64,000 nt of DNA from Antedon mediterranea (lineage: Eukaryota > Animalia > Echinodermata). Below the pieces are notes generated by a model, which made no database searches, was not told the origin of the DNA, and was given only the letters and a program-made list of their open reading frames with translations. The position numbers and the translations under genes are program-made. Below are positions 13,701 to 26,362 of the stretch, in pieces (position 1 is the first letter of the stretch; each line of letters opens with the position of its first letter). The stretch is from positions 37,582,304-37,646,303 of the forward strand of contig NC_092671.1 of NCBI RefSeq assembly GCF_964355755.1, in the 5' to 3' direction.

Positions 13701-14245
13701 TCATAATTATCATTTTTTCATAATGGTGTCTTCTTGAGTCGAGACTAATTTAAAGACATATTGACGTTACCCTGAAAAAAAATTTTTTTTTTTGGTTGAA
13801 TACGCTATTTTAATGTCACATAAAAGTTATTCACTTTGACCAAAAATTGGATCAAAATAAATTATTTACCTGAAAAACACTAGTCAAACTGGGTTTTTGG
13901 TTGAATTTAACTGTTTATTTTGTATTTTTATAAGTGAAAACATTTTGTTTCCATGGAAGTGAATTACTAATATTAAAACTACAAAATAACCTATTCAGAG
14001 TCTGATCTTATTATTTTTCTTTTTTAATACATCTTTAATTATGTTTTAAGCTCTGTACACTATAAAACTAGTTTGACAACAAAAGTGTGATGTGCCCAAT
14101 GTTATTGATATACAAATATGGTAGTGATATGACATCATCATGTCCATATATGGGCACACCACATTTGTTGTCAAACTAGTTTTATAGTGTAGACAGAGCT
14201 TAAAACATAATTAAAGAAAAAAAATATATTAAAAAAGAATCAATT

Positions 14246-14419
14246 TCTGGTAACGTGAAAACATGTGTGTTAATTGACGGTACTGTGAGAAGGCTGCCAC
14301 TCACTACAATACAAGTAAATACTCCTTATTTTACAGGTATGACTCAGGCGTTATGTATGGATAATCCAATTTTTGATCTTATATTAGGGAATATTGAAGG
14401 TGTTCGGTCTCCCGGATGA
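14246..14419 (+). pseudogene. Gypsy/Ty3 LTR retrotransposon aspartic protease C-terminal relic
   Basis: Translates SGNVKTCVLIDGTVRRLPLTTIQVNTPYFTGMTQALCMDNPIFDLILGNIEGVRSPG*, matching the LIDG...TPYF.G..ALCM.NP..DLILGN pattern of invertebrate Gypsy proteases. Confidence 0.75.
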
Positions 14420-15270
14420 GCCCCCATAAATGTCACGAAACCTTGACAGGATGACAGAGCTTAATGAAGATTTCATTTTGACAATTGATCAAGTTTATAT
14501 TTTTAACACTCAGTCATCAATTCTTGACAGTGAATTCATAAATGTCAAATCATCAAAATGAATATGATTTGCAATCATTCAAATTAAGTCAATCAAATAC
14601 TATTTCAATGACTTTGTTTCTAGCCATTGAATTATGAAAATTAAGCGATTTCAAAATGACAATTGCTCACGACAGATGAATAAATCATTGACAGGATATG
14701 ATCAAATGTGTCATCTCGTACACTAAGTAGTTTTAAAACTCTTTTTTTATTAATATTATTGGATTAGATGATGTGGATTCCTTGGCAGGTGATAAGACAT
14801 TCACCTTTATATAAAATTTATTATTAAACAGTGGTCTGTTTCAATTTGTTTCTTAAGCTCTGTCCACACTATCAAACTAGTGTGATGTGCCCAAATATGG
14901 TAGTGATATAATCCATATATGGGCACATCACATTTTTTGTAACAAAGTTTGATAGTGTAGACAGATCTTTACCTGAATTAGGAATACAATACACGTTATA
15001 AACCATTATTTATTAGGGCATTGGCAGTTAAGCTGTCGAATGGAAGGGCACCATATTAGCGAATTCGTGACCTATCTGCGACCTGATTGTATGTAATATG
15101 GTAGTGATATGCGCAAATAATGGTAGTGATATGACATCATGTCCATATATGGGCACTTCACATTTTTTTGTCACATAAATTTCGATAGTGTAGACAAGGC
15201 TTAGGAATATTATGATGTATCGAGAATATTCAGCTCACCACAGTACATCAATGACATCATGTATATTTAT

Positions 15271-15435
15271 ACTGATGAAGGGCTAGTGTTGCCCGAAAGC
15301 TCTGCTAACTTTTCTGGCTGTTTACTTTATCGTTTTGATTTAGCTTTTCGCTTTTTATTTTTGTATCTCCATTGAGATCCAGCCACTGATACCCACAGCA
15401 TTGTCATTTTTTTCAGTAATTTGCCTTTGGATTTA
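15271..15435 (+). mobile_element. Penelope-like terminal repeat fragment with hammerhead core, stem I disrupted
   Basis: CTGATGAAGGGCTAGTGTTGCCCGAAAGCTC plus ~130 bp nearly identical to copies at 37984, 45761 and 45991. Confidence 0.75.
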
Positions 15436-18400
15436 CATATAAACATTAATAAATTATTGGAAAACGTCATTACTTTGCAGTAATAGGAAATGATTTTTAT
15501 GTTTATATGTGTTGCTATAGTGATAGACATACTCATAGTATATGAACACTGGCTTATTTTTACTTTACAAATAAACATACAGAATAAACATTCTATAAAG
15601 CACATACTTGAAAATAAAAATTGAGCATTACCAAACATATTACAAACATAAGCATATCTAATATATCTCTTATGTAATTTAAAAATAGAATCAATCGATA
15701 CAGACGTCTATAGCTAAATTCTTTCTGACAGTTTAATATGTTAAACACTCCCAGCAAGATAAATTGAAGCTACTACCTCATACGAGGTTTAATTAGAAAC
15801 TTGTTGCTCAGGGCTGTCGTCGTCGTTTATCTCAAACAATTATTTTCGCTGCACAATTTAACAGTCTCCCTCTATATTCATGACACACTTATCCTTAGAA
15901 CCCCACAGGCTGAATCGATCCCAATTTTCATACTTTAAAAATAAACAAGTACGTCTACCTCTATTTTACCAACATTATTATAGAAAGTCAGTCAATCGTA
16001 TTTTTCCAATCAATATTTTGCGTTAAAAATATTAAATTTATGTAAACACTGATGTGTTTTATTGGATTTTGTATGATATTACTTATTATAATCGTGTGAT
16101 TGCATTAACATTGGAAAAGAGTAAATTGAGGCAACGTACAAATATTACCAAATTTAGGAAATAATGTAATGTTTTTTTATCCTGGAATTCTCATCTTGTT
16201 TGCATCTAATTAATGTTTATATTGTATTTCAAATAATCAAATAATTTCTTTTAATTATTTTTATTTAAAGATATTGTCCCACCTGAAAAAAATATTTTTT
16301 TTACTTTTTTTGTTGTTGAATATGCCATTTTAATGTCACAGTTGTTTACTTTGACCAAAAATTGAGTCCAAAAGAAATTTTATTTACATGAGAAAACTAA
16401 ATTAAAGCAAAGGGTTTTTGGACAAATTTGGACAATACATCTATATGTTAAATCATATTTATACATTGATTTACTTTTCTAATATATATTTTGTATCTTT
16501 TTCTTTCATGTTGTATTCATCCCTCTGTTTACTACACACAGGTAAGATTATTATTTTTTAATCAAATCATTATTTTTCATCTATATTTTTTAATTAAAAA
16601 ATTGTGAAATGAAGGGCTGAGCTAAAATTGAATTCCTATCTTTTGCATTACAATATACGGCATAGGTATGGGTTGCCCCTCCCCCTCTCCCCTTGAACCC
16701 GCCCCTGCTGATATACCGATATACGGTAGTATTAATGGACATATTTTGCATCTATTTACATATATTTTAAAAATAAGTTGTTATGTTATTTATGACTGAA
16801 TTTTGATTTTAAACTGTAAAAGTTATTTTATCAATAAATTCTCTCTGTGCTGATATTTCGTTCATCGTATCACATGATTCAACGTTTTAAATCGTTGCCT
16901 CGATCTTGAAAGCAGAAAATTTTTTTTTTAGGTTCATTAATCTGACTCTTATTTTTGTCGTCAAGCAATATCACGTAATAAATCAATAATAGGTTTCCAA
17001 TGTGATCCCATTCTAGCATCAGGTTAAAGGTCAAACAACCGATCTTTGACCTTTCTGAAAATGCAGGGGATAAAGCTGAAAGTGAATTAAGCTTCATAAA
17101 TTTCGACACATGGCGACATGTTCTGTGCATAGTTTTGAAATTTTAATTCATGTTGCGTTTGAAATGACCGAAACAGTATTTCATTTAATACGAGCATTTT
17201 TTATTGAACTATTAATATATAGCTTAGATGTATATTTCATTTTTGTAAGTCTGCACATTCATATGTTTTCATGTCATAGCAGATGCAATATTCAAGATTT
17301 TTTATTGCAAGATGTTTAATATTGAACCAGTAGTTTTTACTTCTCATTGATTTTTTTTCTTTAATCATAATAATCTAAAGCTCTGTTGACACTATCAAAC
17401 TAGTTTGACAAAAAATTTGCCTAAATATGGTAGTGGTATGCTTAAATATGGTAGTGATATGACATCATTATGGTATATATGGGCACATACAATTCTTTTG
17501 TCACATAAAGTTTGATAGTGTAGACATAGCTTTAAGTTCTGTCTACACTATCAAACCAGTTTAACGAAAAAAGTGTGATGTGCCCAAATATGGTAGCGGT
17601 ATGCTTAAATATATACATATATACATAGACATCATCATGTCCATATATGGGCACATCACATGTTTTTGTCACATAAAGTTTCATAGTGTAGACAGAGCTT
17701 AATACAAAATAGCAAAAAGCTTTCAAGTTTCAAGAAAAAAAACGTTATTCAAAAAAACAGAAACAATATAGAGCTTACAAAGAAAGCAATGGAGTTAACA
17801 ATACGTATAATTAATTTGATGCAGTGTTCAGCTTGCATCATGCACAAATTAATGTGCTTAGAAAAATGAATTTGTTACCATCGTTACATATTTCCACTGT
17901 AACAAATCTATTGTTATTCTACTAAAGGAATTTTAGATTGAAATAATAGGAAATGAAAATATTGATAGCTTTGAGTTTTTTTTTTCGATCTGCTGGATAC
18001 ATGTCAAATATATATATAGTAGATTTTAAAGAAAAACTTATCGCATGTGTGCAGATTAATTTAAGGATGGAACAATTTAAAATTTTTAACAACTTTGCAT
18101 TTGCCAAATAATCAGATAAATATGAAATTAAAAGAAGTACATTTTAAATAAAACAATAACATAAATCCAATTTTCTATTTCAGATATACATAATAAATTA
18201 AACGAAATCTATGCCATAAACACATCACTTTAAAATTACATACGGTAATAAAAACAGTGCATAAATCAAGCATAATCCAGCATATTACTAAAGCTCTATC
18301 TAAACTATCAAACTTTAAAAAAAAAATGTGAGGTGCCCATATATGAACATGATGATGTCATATCACTACCATATTTGGGCATATCACTACCATATTTGTG

Positions 18401-18804
18401 CACATCACATTTTTTTGTCAAAATATTTTGATAGTGTAAACAGAGCTTACCACTGTTAATAGAAGTCTACAGACAGGCTTGATAAAATAGAAACTAAACA
18501 CCAGATTATTTAAGGAGTATGGGTTTAATAGATGCATAAATCAGATATATAATCAATATTTGAAAAAGTTATGTTATAGAGATTTTTTTAAGCTTAAAAA
18601 TAGTGTTGCTATGATTGTGTTATGTAATTGAAAATACATACAATTTATTTCTAACGTTGCTAGTTTTATTTTATATTTCAATACATGAAAAAATATTCTG
18701 TAAAAAAAAATTAGAATTCAATTATTTTAGAAACATCTTCTTAACAAGGTGTAGCAGACATGTAGATATCCCTTGCACCTATAACTCTATTGTTGCCTGA
18801 TAAA

Positions 18805-18950
18805 CCCCATATTCACCAATCACACTTAAGTGAGTTATTTCCCCTAAATACTAAGTATTTCACTTAACTCAATAGATATTTCCTTTAAATTGTATTCACT
18901 TAGATAGGAGATTTTTTATTTTATTTTAAGGTTAAGTGTTTCCCTTAGTC
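18805..18950 (+). mobile_element. Degenerate dispersed repeat (MITE-like); inverted homolog at about 60100-60218
   Basis: ATATTCACCAATCACACTTAAGTGAGTTATTTCCCCTAAATACTAAG matches the reverse complement of 60168-60218. Confidence 0.55.
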
Positions 18951-19444
18951 TAGTATGGCCTCTGGCGTTTAGCACAACATGGCGCACTCTAGAGTTTGCT
19001 AAGCAATGTGAGAAGGTACTGTTTCAATTGTTTTCAATTTAACACACTTCAAAAACCTTTTAGTAATTTATCTTGTAGGTAGTTTCTGGTGGGTATACAA
19101 AGTGTATCTTATAATAGATAGATAGCTAACCTTTATGAATAAATTGATAGTATTTGTTCATCTGCTGAAAGTCAAACATATATGCAAATTAATCAAGAAA
19201 TATTAACCATATCAATTGACCTATTTCCTAGTAGAATCAAAACCTACAAAATGTAGACATGTGTAGAGGGCAGTCTAACTAATGTCAAAAAGTTTGTACT
19301 TAGATTGGTGGCAGCATTTAAAGGATCATTGATATGAAGAAATGTACTGTATCAACTACCCCCTCTATTATTATTATTTTCACAATATAGAAATAGTGTA
19401 GGCAATAGATGGCAGTGTATATTGAAAATGATAGATACACACAT

Positions 19445-22400
19445 CATATTCGTCATCATATTAATTTATACATGCCAACACTCCTGTTTTGGCAGGGAGA
19501 CTACCATATTCGTCATCATATTAATTCATACATGCCAACACTCCTGTTTTGGCAGGGAGACTACCATATTCGTCATCATATTAATTCATACATGCCAACA
19601 CTCCTGTTTTGGCGGGAAGACTACCATATTCGTCATCATATTAATTCATAAATGCCAACACTCCTGTTTTGGCGGGAAGACTACCATATCGTCATCATAT
19701 TAATTCATACATGCCAACACTCCTGTTTTGGCAGGGACAGGGCTGCAAATTAACTTTTTTACTTGGTAGCACTATCAAATTTGTATGATAGCTCATAATA
19801 ATTTTTGGTAGCACCACCATTGGGTTATGCACATTTTAGGCACTGGTCCTGATGCGCCACTTATATTCACGCAAGATCTATTCTTTTTACGGTACAGAAA
19901 GAAATTACTGGTTTGTATGTAACCTTTCGTAGCCTACGCGTAAATAGATCGTAGGTCATTGTTCTCTAAACGTATCCTGCAATTTACAAAGTACTGTTCG
20001 TTGCCTACGATGTATTGTTGTTTATGATAATATCTAAGCGTCGATACACCAATGTCATCGCCTTTAATAGGAGCATAAACAATGGAAACAAACATGTATT
20101 GTTGGCTATCTCCCTGTTCTGATACTATATTTAGAATGAATTGTTTACGATCTTTTTGTTTGCATGTTTCTGGATCAACTGGACGTTCGCTATATTATTT
20201 TTATTAGTTGGCATAGTTCATTGTGTTGGATCGTGTCTCTACGTTTACATTGTAGGAAATTTATATTCGCCGCTGAGAGTAAAAAAACACACGAATGAAA
20301 CATCTACGAATAAAAAATATTATATTATAATATTTCTTAGTAATGTACAAATTGGTCCTCCTCCGCCAGTCAAAATTAACACATCAAATAATAATTTTCA
20401 CACCTTGTTACTTACTAAGAATATCGTGAGGTTGTTTATTGAGGTTACTAACGAAGCCAAACAATGTAACCTACAAAGCCAACAACGTAGCCTGTTTTAT
20501 CTACGAAGCCACTTCGTAGGAAAAGTTGCGGTATTTTCTCTGATATATAATTTTCGATAATCAGAATCTGGAATAAAGTATTAAATCTACCGATAAATAA
20601 TACTGCTGTTTAATCTATATAATGAATAGATATTTATTATATATATCATTAACTACATTATTTAGTAATCATGATATAACCATTATACTGCCTAAAAATG
20701 CTGATGGCTGCGCGGCGACAATCCTTTGTATCTGCCGCGCCCGCCCTGGCTAACTTCTGTGTACGGCGGTACAATTGTTTTTTTATATTCCTTCTTTAAA
20801 ACGGAGGTGATTTTCCACGAGGTTTGTGTCGTCCGCGCGTCACACTGTGCTGTGTGTTTGGTGTCCTTTTGTGTGATTGGGTAAGGCAGCATGCAATAAA
20901 TGGACGAACTTCCAATCACAACGAGTGTAAAATGTTTAGGGGCTTTGTACGCTTGAATGAACCTGACTCCTTTGCGGCGGCGGTGACTAGTGGAAACTCC
21001 TGAGCCTTCCGTAGTAGAGAGATTAAATTACAACATAGTGTTTGAAATAGGGAAAACACACCTGACTTCAATTTGAAACAACTCGCACAAGCAGACGATC
21101 TTGTCGCGCTATACAGTAAAATTAGGTCGCAAATGCGACCAAATACCCCTTAATTTGCAGCCCTGAGGGAGACTACCATATCCGTCATCATATTAATTCA
21201 CACATGCCAACACTCCTGTTTTGGCGGGAAGACTACCATATTCGTCATCATATTAATTCATACATGCCAACACTCCTGTTTTGGCAGGGAGACTACCATA
21301 TCCGTCATCATATTAATTCATACATGCCAACACTCTGTTTTGGCAGGGAGACTACCATATTTGTCATCATATTAATTCATACATGCCAACACTCCTGTTT
21401 TGGCAGGGAGACTACCATATTCGTCATCATATTAATTCATACATGCCAACACTCCTGTTTTGGCAGGGAGACTACCATATTCGTTGTCATATTAATTCAT
21501 ACATGCCAACACTCCTGTTTTGGCAGGGAGACTACCATATTCGTCGTCATATTAATTCACACATGCCAACACTCCTGTTTTGGCGGGAAGACCATATCCG
21601 TCATCACATTAATTCAAACATGCCAACACTCCTGTTTTGGCAGGGAGACTACCATATCCGTCATCATATTAATTCATGCCAACACTCCTGTTTTGGCAGG
21701 GAGACTACCATATCCGTCATCATATTAATTCATACATGCCAACACTCCTGTTTTGGCGGGAAGACTACCATATTCGTCATCATATTAATTCATACATGCC
21801 AACACTCCTGTTTTGGCAGGGAGACTACCATATCCGTCATCATATTAATTCATGCCAACACTCCTGTTTTGACAGGGAGACTACCATATCCGTCATCATA
21901 TTAATTCATACATGCCAACACTCCTGTTTTGGCGGGAAGACTACCATATCCGTCATCATATTAATTCATACATGCCAACACTCCTGTTTTGGCAGGGAGA
22001 CTACCATATCCGTCATCATATTAATTCATACATGCCAACACTCCTGTTTTGGCGGGAAGACTACCATATTCGTCATCATATTAATTCATACATGCCAACA
22101 CTCCTGTTTTGGCGGGAAGACTACCATATCCGTCATCATATTAATTCATACATGCCAACACTCCTGTTTTGGCGGGAAGACTACCATATCCGTCATCATA
22201 TTAATTCACACATGCCAACACTCCTGTTTTGGCGGGAAGACTACCATATCCGTCATCATATTAATTCACACATGCCAACACTCCTGTTTTGGCGGGAAGA
22301 CTACCATATTCGTCATCATATTAATTCATACATGCCAACACTCCTGTTTTGGCGGGAAGACTACCATATCCGTCATCATATTAATTCATACATGCCAACA

Positions 22401-22450
22401 CTCCTGTTTTGGCAGGGAGACTACCATATTCCTCATCATATTATTTCATA
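19445..22450 (+). repeat. 60-bp tandem array (about 5 + 21 copies) interrupted by a 1.4-kb transposon
   Basis: Unit CATATTCGTCATCATATTAATTCATACATGCCAACACTCCTGTTTTGGCAGGGAGACTAC; variants GGCAGGGAGA and GGCGGGAAGA; explains ORFs at 19409-22503. Confidence 0.95.
19738..21165. mobile_element. hAT-like non-autonomous DNA transposon with apparent 5-bp TSD
   Basis: 16-bp TIR CAGGGCTGCAAATTAA / TTAATTTGCAGCCCTG; AGGGA at 19733-19737 and 21166-21170; subterminal GGTAGCAC / GGTCGCA motifs. Confidence 0.85.
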
Positions 22451-24160
22451 CATACATAAGGTTTTGTCTTTTTAGGGAAAATACACTAACTTTGTTGAAA
22501 TAAAAAAAAAATCGTTTTTAAGGTTTTGATATTAAAAATTATACTATGATATTTTGTCATATGATGTAATGGATAATTGATGAAAGCTACCTCTGACCAA
22601 TAACAGAAGAGCAAATATCTCGTTCTTAACCAATACCAGTACCAATTAAATGTCCAGGATTTTCTAATTAATGAAAATGAACAGTTGCATTATTGAATAC
22701 ATTATTAATGCATATAGTTTAATAGCTAAGATTATTTATTAATTATTAGAAAAGTGCACAATTATAAATGATTGATTTTATTAGCAACATTTTAATGGAA
22801 GTGAAAAATGCATAAATGCAAATAATTGTATTGGAAATTAATGATATTCAAGCGAGAACTTGAAATCCATTAGTACCCTTATTTTAAACATAGAATATTT
22901 GAATAGTATCAGGTTACTAAGCAATTTGTATGGTACAAATCAACACTGCACAAATGATATCCACTCAATTCTAAAGCTCTGTCTACACTACCAAACTTTA
23001 TGATGTCATATCACTACCATATTTGGGCATACCTGTACAATACTTGGGCACATCACACTTTTTTGTCAAACTAGTTTGATAGTGTATACAGAGCTTTATG
23101 TTGGTTGCAATAGTATTATTAGTTTCATTTAATATTTTCATCCTTGTACAAGCATATCATTGCTTGAACGTGTACTTAAAATCGAATGCTATGTTTTCCA
23201 TTGTAATTGAAAATCAAATTGTCATACTTTTTTAGCCATAACAAGCATCGCTCTTTTGGTTTTTCCTCTGTTTTCCTTCATTTCAAATATTTCCTCTATA
23301 TTTTCAATGCAGTTTGGATATAAATAAGCTGAAGTTGATTGTGTAAAATTCATTTTGCAGGTTGAAGCCTTTTTTTAACAGTGATACTTTTTTAGAAGTA
23401 TTATTAAACTAAACAACAAAGAACGAAATATAAGTATGCATTTCACAGTTTCCTAGCCTTTTGGGCATAACATCATTGATAAAAGTGCACTATAGTATAG
23501 CACATAGAGTATTTTATAATACCATGTATTGCTTAAGCATATACGATAGATATAAGCGGAAATATTCAATCTGTACTTGTGCATAATATGTTTCTTTAAG
23601 CTATGATCCATCAAGTGAGTAAAGTACTCTACTTAGTATTCTAATGATCAGATTTCTATTTAAGATCTTTGCTGTATTTAATGAATACTTTGAATTTTCT
23701 TTTAACCTTTTAACATTCGCATATTTATTGAATTCAATTTTACCAGGGTTGACATTTCTTTCCTCTAGAATATGGTTGAAAAGTAATGAAGTGTAATGAA
23801 TATAGGATATTTTTTTTATACTTTTAAAGAATTTATTGAATAATGTTCCAAAATATGCTCATTGTGCACTTCTCATGAAATCACCTCTAAAGTTCTATCG
23901 ACACTATCAAACTTTATGTGACAAAAAAAAATGTGATGTGCCCATATATGGACATGATGATGTCATATCACTACCATATTTGGTCATATCACTACCATAT
24001 TTAGGCACATCACACTTTTTTTTATCAAACTACATTGATAGTGTAGACAGAGCTTTCAGATATACAGACAGAGTAGATTAATTTTATACAGATTCTTTAA
24101 AATTATTGTTATCCTTGTTTTACTATTTCATTTGCCATCACTAATACATTTGTATACCTG

Positions 24161-24773
24161 AGTATAATCCCCATGCCCTAGTATAATCTCCAAGCCCTAG
24201 TATAATCCACATGCCCTAGTATAATCCCCAAGCCCTAGTATAATCCCATGCCCTAGTATAATCCCCATGCCCTAGTATAATCCCCATGCCCTAGTATAAT
24301 CCCCAAGCCCTAATATAATCCTCATGCCCTAATATAATCCCCATGCCCTAGTATAATCCCCAAGCCCTAGTATAATCCCAAGCCCTAGTATAATCTCTCA
24401 TGCCCTAGTATAATCCCCAAGCCCTAGTATAATCCCCAAGCCCTAGTATAATCCCCATGCCCTAGTATAATCCCCATGCCCTAGTATAATCTCCATGCCC
24501 TAGTATAATCTCCATGCCCTAGTATAATCCCCATGCCCTAGTATAATCTCCATGCCCTAGTATAATCCCCATGCCCTAGTATAATCCCCATGCCCTAGTA
24601 TAATCCCCAAGCCCTAGTATAATCCCCAAGCCCTAGTATAATCCCCAAGCCCTAGTATAATCCCCAAGCCCTAGTATAATCCCCATGCCCTAGTATAATC
24701 CCCATGCCCTAGTATAATCCCCATGCCCTAGTATAATCCCCATGACCTAGTATAATCCCCATGCCCTAGTATA
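24161..24773. repeat. 19-bp minisatellite (CCCTAGTATAATCCCCAWG), about 32 copies
   Basis: Tandem copies seen directly. Confidence 0.95.
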
Positions 24774-24778
24774 TTAAA

Positions 24779-24971
24779 CAGGCCTTGTCTTTTGAAAATC
24801 ATAGGTGTGCTACAAATTGCACTCCCAATACATTCAGGGGTGCTGTAGGTGTGCTGTTTGTAATTTCGTGTGTACTGTAGATGTTTACCAAATTTAAGCG
24901 TGTTGTAAATCGCCCTTGAGGAGTGTGTTAGGTGAGTGGTCGCACTCACTCGCCTTAAAAGACAAGGCCTG
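24779..24971. mobile_element. hAT-like MITE with 6-bp TSD
   Basis: 15-bp TIR CAGGCCTTGTCTTTT / AAAAGACAAGGCCTG; ATTAAA at 24773-24778 and 24972-24977. Confidence 0.85.
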
Positions 24972-25604
24972 ATTAAAATTTAATATCAATTTATTAGACA
25001 AATTTTACTGAAATAGACCGAATAAATAATGAAATGAAATGTTTGTGCCATGGGAAATCACTTTACCCCGGAGTCATATGCAGAATGTGAAATATTTTGT
25101 ATGAATATAATACTTCATACTTTCTCATACTGTATTAGTGAATGTTTTACTAGCCATTTCAATTGTAAATTTTAAGATTCTATGAATCGAACGTCATAAC
25201 TATGTCATCCTGCTGCATCTAGAGCAACAATGTAGGTTATTGTAAAGTGGATTTAGTATGTGTTTTTCATTTAATTAATCACGTAGCAAGTAAACCGCAT
25301 ACAAATATCATAAATGGCTTTTCGTCTTCACAATAATTACTTTCTATCAGCTAGTGATTACGTTCAACATTTTGCTATTTTCTTTTCATTTAATGTAGGA
25401 CTTATCTAAATATGTAATTACAAATATATACTGGAGAACAGAGATAATTTCTTGTTTTCGATTATTGTTGTCAAATTTCAAATCGTTATTTGTTGCTAAA
25501 CAATGTAAATGAAGCATCAATTATACCGAGTGTACTTCAATTGAATGTAGTAAAAGTGAGACTGTATCTTCTGAAACACAATTTCTGATTTCTTTAACCA
25601 ATGC

Positions 25605-26362
25605 ACTGTCTCCTTAAGCAAGCAAGGTGGCGCAACTGTAAAAGAATCTGACTTGTGTTTAAGGAGACACTGTCTGTCCTTAGGCAAGCGAGATGGTATG
25701 ATTGTAAAAGAATCAGACTTGTGTTTGAGGTCTGTCCTTTGGCAGACAAGAAGGCAAGACAGTAAAAGAATCAGACTTGTGTTTGAGGAGACACAGTCTG
25801 TCCTTAGGCAAGCGAGAAGGTGTGACGGTAAAAGAATCAGACTTGTGTTTGAGGAGACACAGTCTGCCCTTAGGCAAGCGAGATGGCATGATTGTAAAAG
25901 AATCAGACTTCTGTTTGAAGAGACACAGTCTGTCCTTAGGCAAGCGAGATGGTATGATTGTAAAAGAATCAGACTTGTGTTTGAGGTCTGTTCTTAGGCA
26001 AGCGGGATGGCATGATTGTAAAGATTCAGACTTGTGTTTGAGGAGACACAGTCTGTCCTTAGGCAAGCGAGATGGCATGATTGTAAAAGAATCAAACTTG
26101 TGTTTGAGGTCTGTCCTTTGGCAGACAAGAAGGCAAGACAGTAAAAGATTCAGACTTGTGTTTGAGGAGACACAGTCTGCCCTTAGGCAAGCGAGATGGC
26201 ATGATTGTAAAAGAATCAAACTTGTGTTTGAGGTCTGTCCTTTGGCAGGCAAGACGGCAAGACAGTAAAAGAATCTGACTTTTGTTTGAGAAGCCACAGT
26301 CTGCCCTTAGGCAAGCGAGAAGATGTGACGGTAAAAGAATCGAACTTGTGTCTGTCCTTTTG
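25605..26362. repeat. Composite 66/58-bp tandem array, about 12 units
   Basis: GTAAAAGAATCAGACTTGTGTTTGAGG(AGACACAG)TCTGTCCTTAGGCAAG... with or without the 8-bp block. Confidence 0.9.

Noticed and set aside
16508-16541. ATG...CAG|GTAAGA mini exon (MLYSSLCLLHT)
   Set aside because: Phase 1, poor start context, low-complexity surroundings; noted as a counter-example to the phase-0 pattern
20692-20919. ORF inside the hAT-like element as a transposase remnant
   Set aside because: No BED finger, DDE or dimerisation motif recognised
19409-22503. Long repetitive ORFs (MPTLLFWQGDYHIRHHINSY and TCQHSCFG repeats)
   Set aside because: Products of a 60-bp tandem repeat, open in two frames, with frameshifting indels and a transposon insertion
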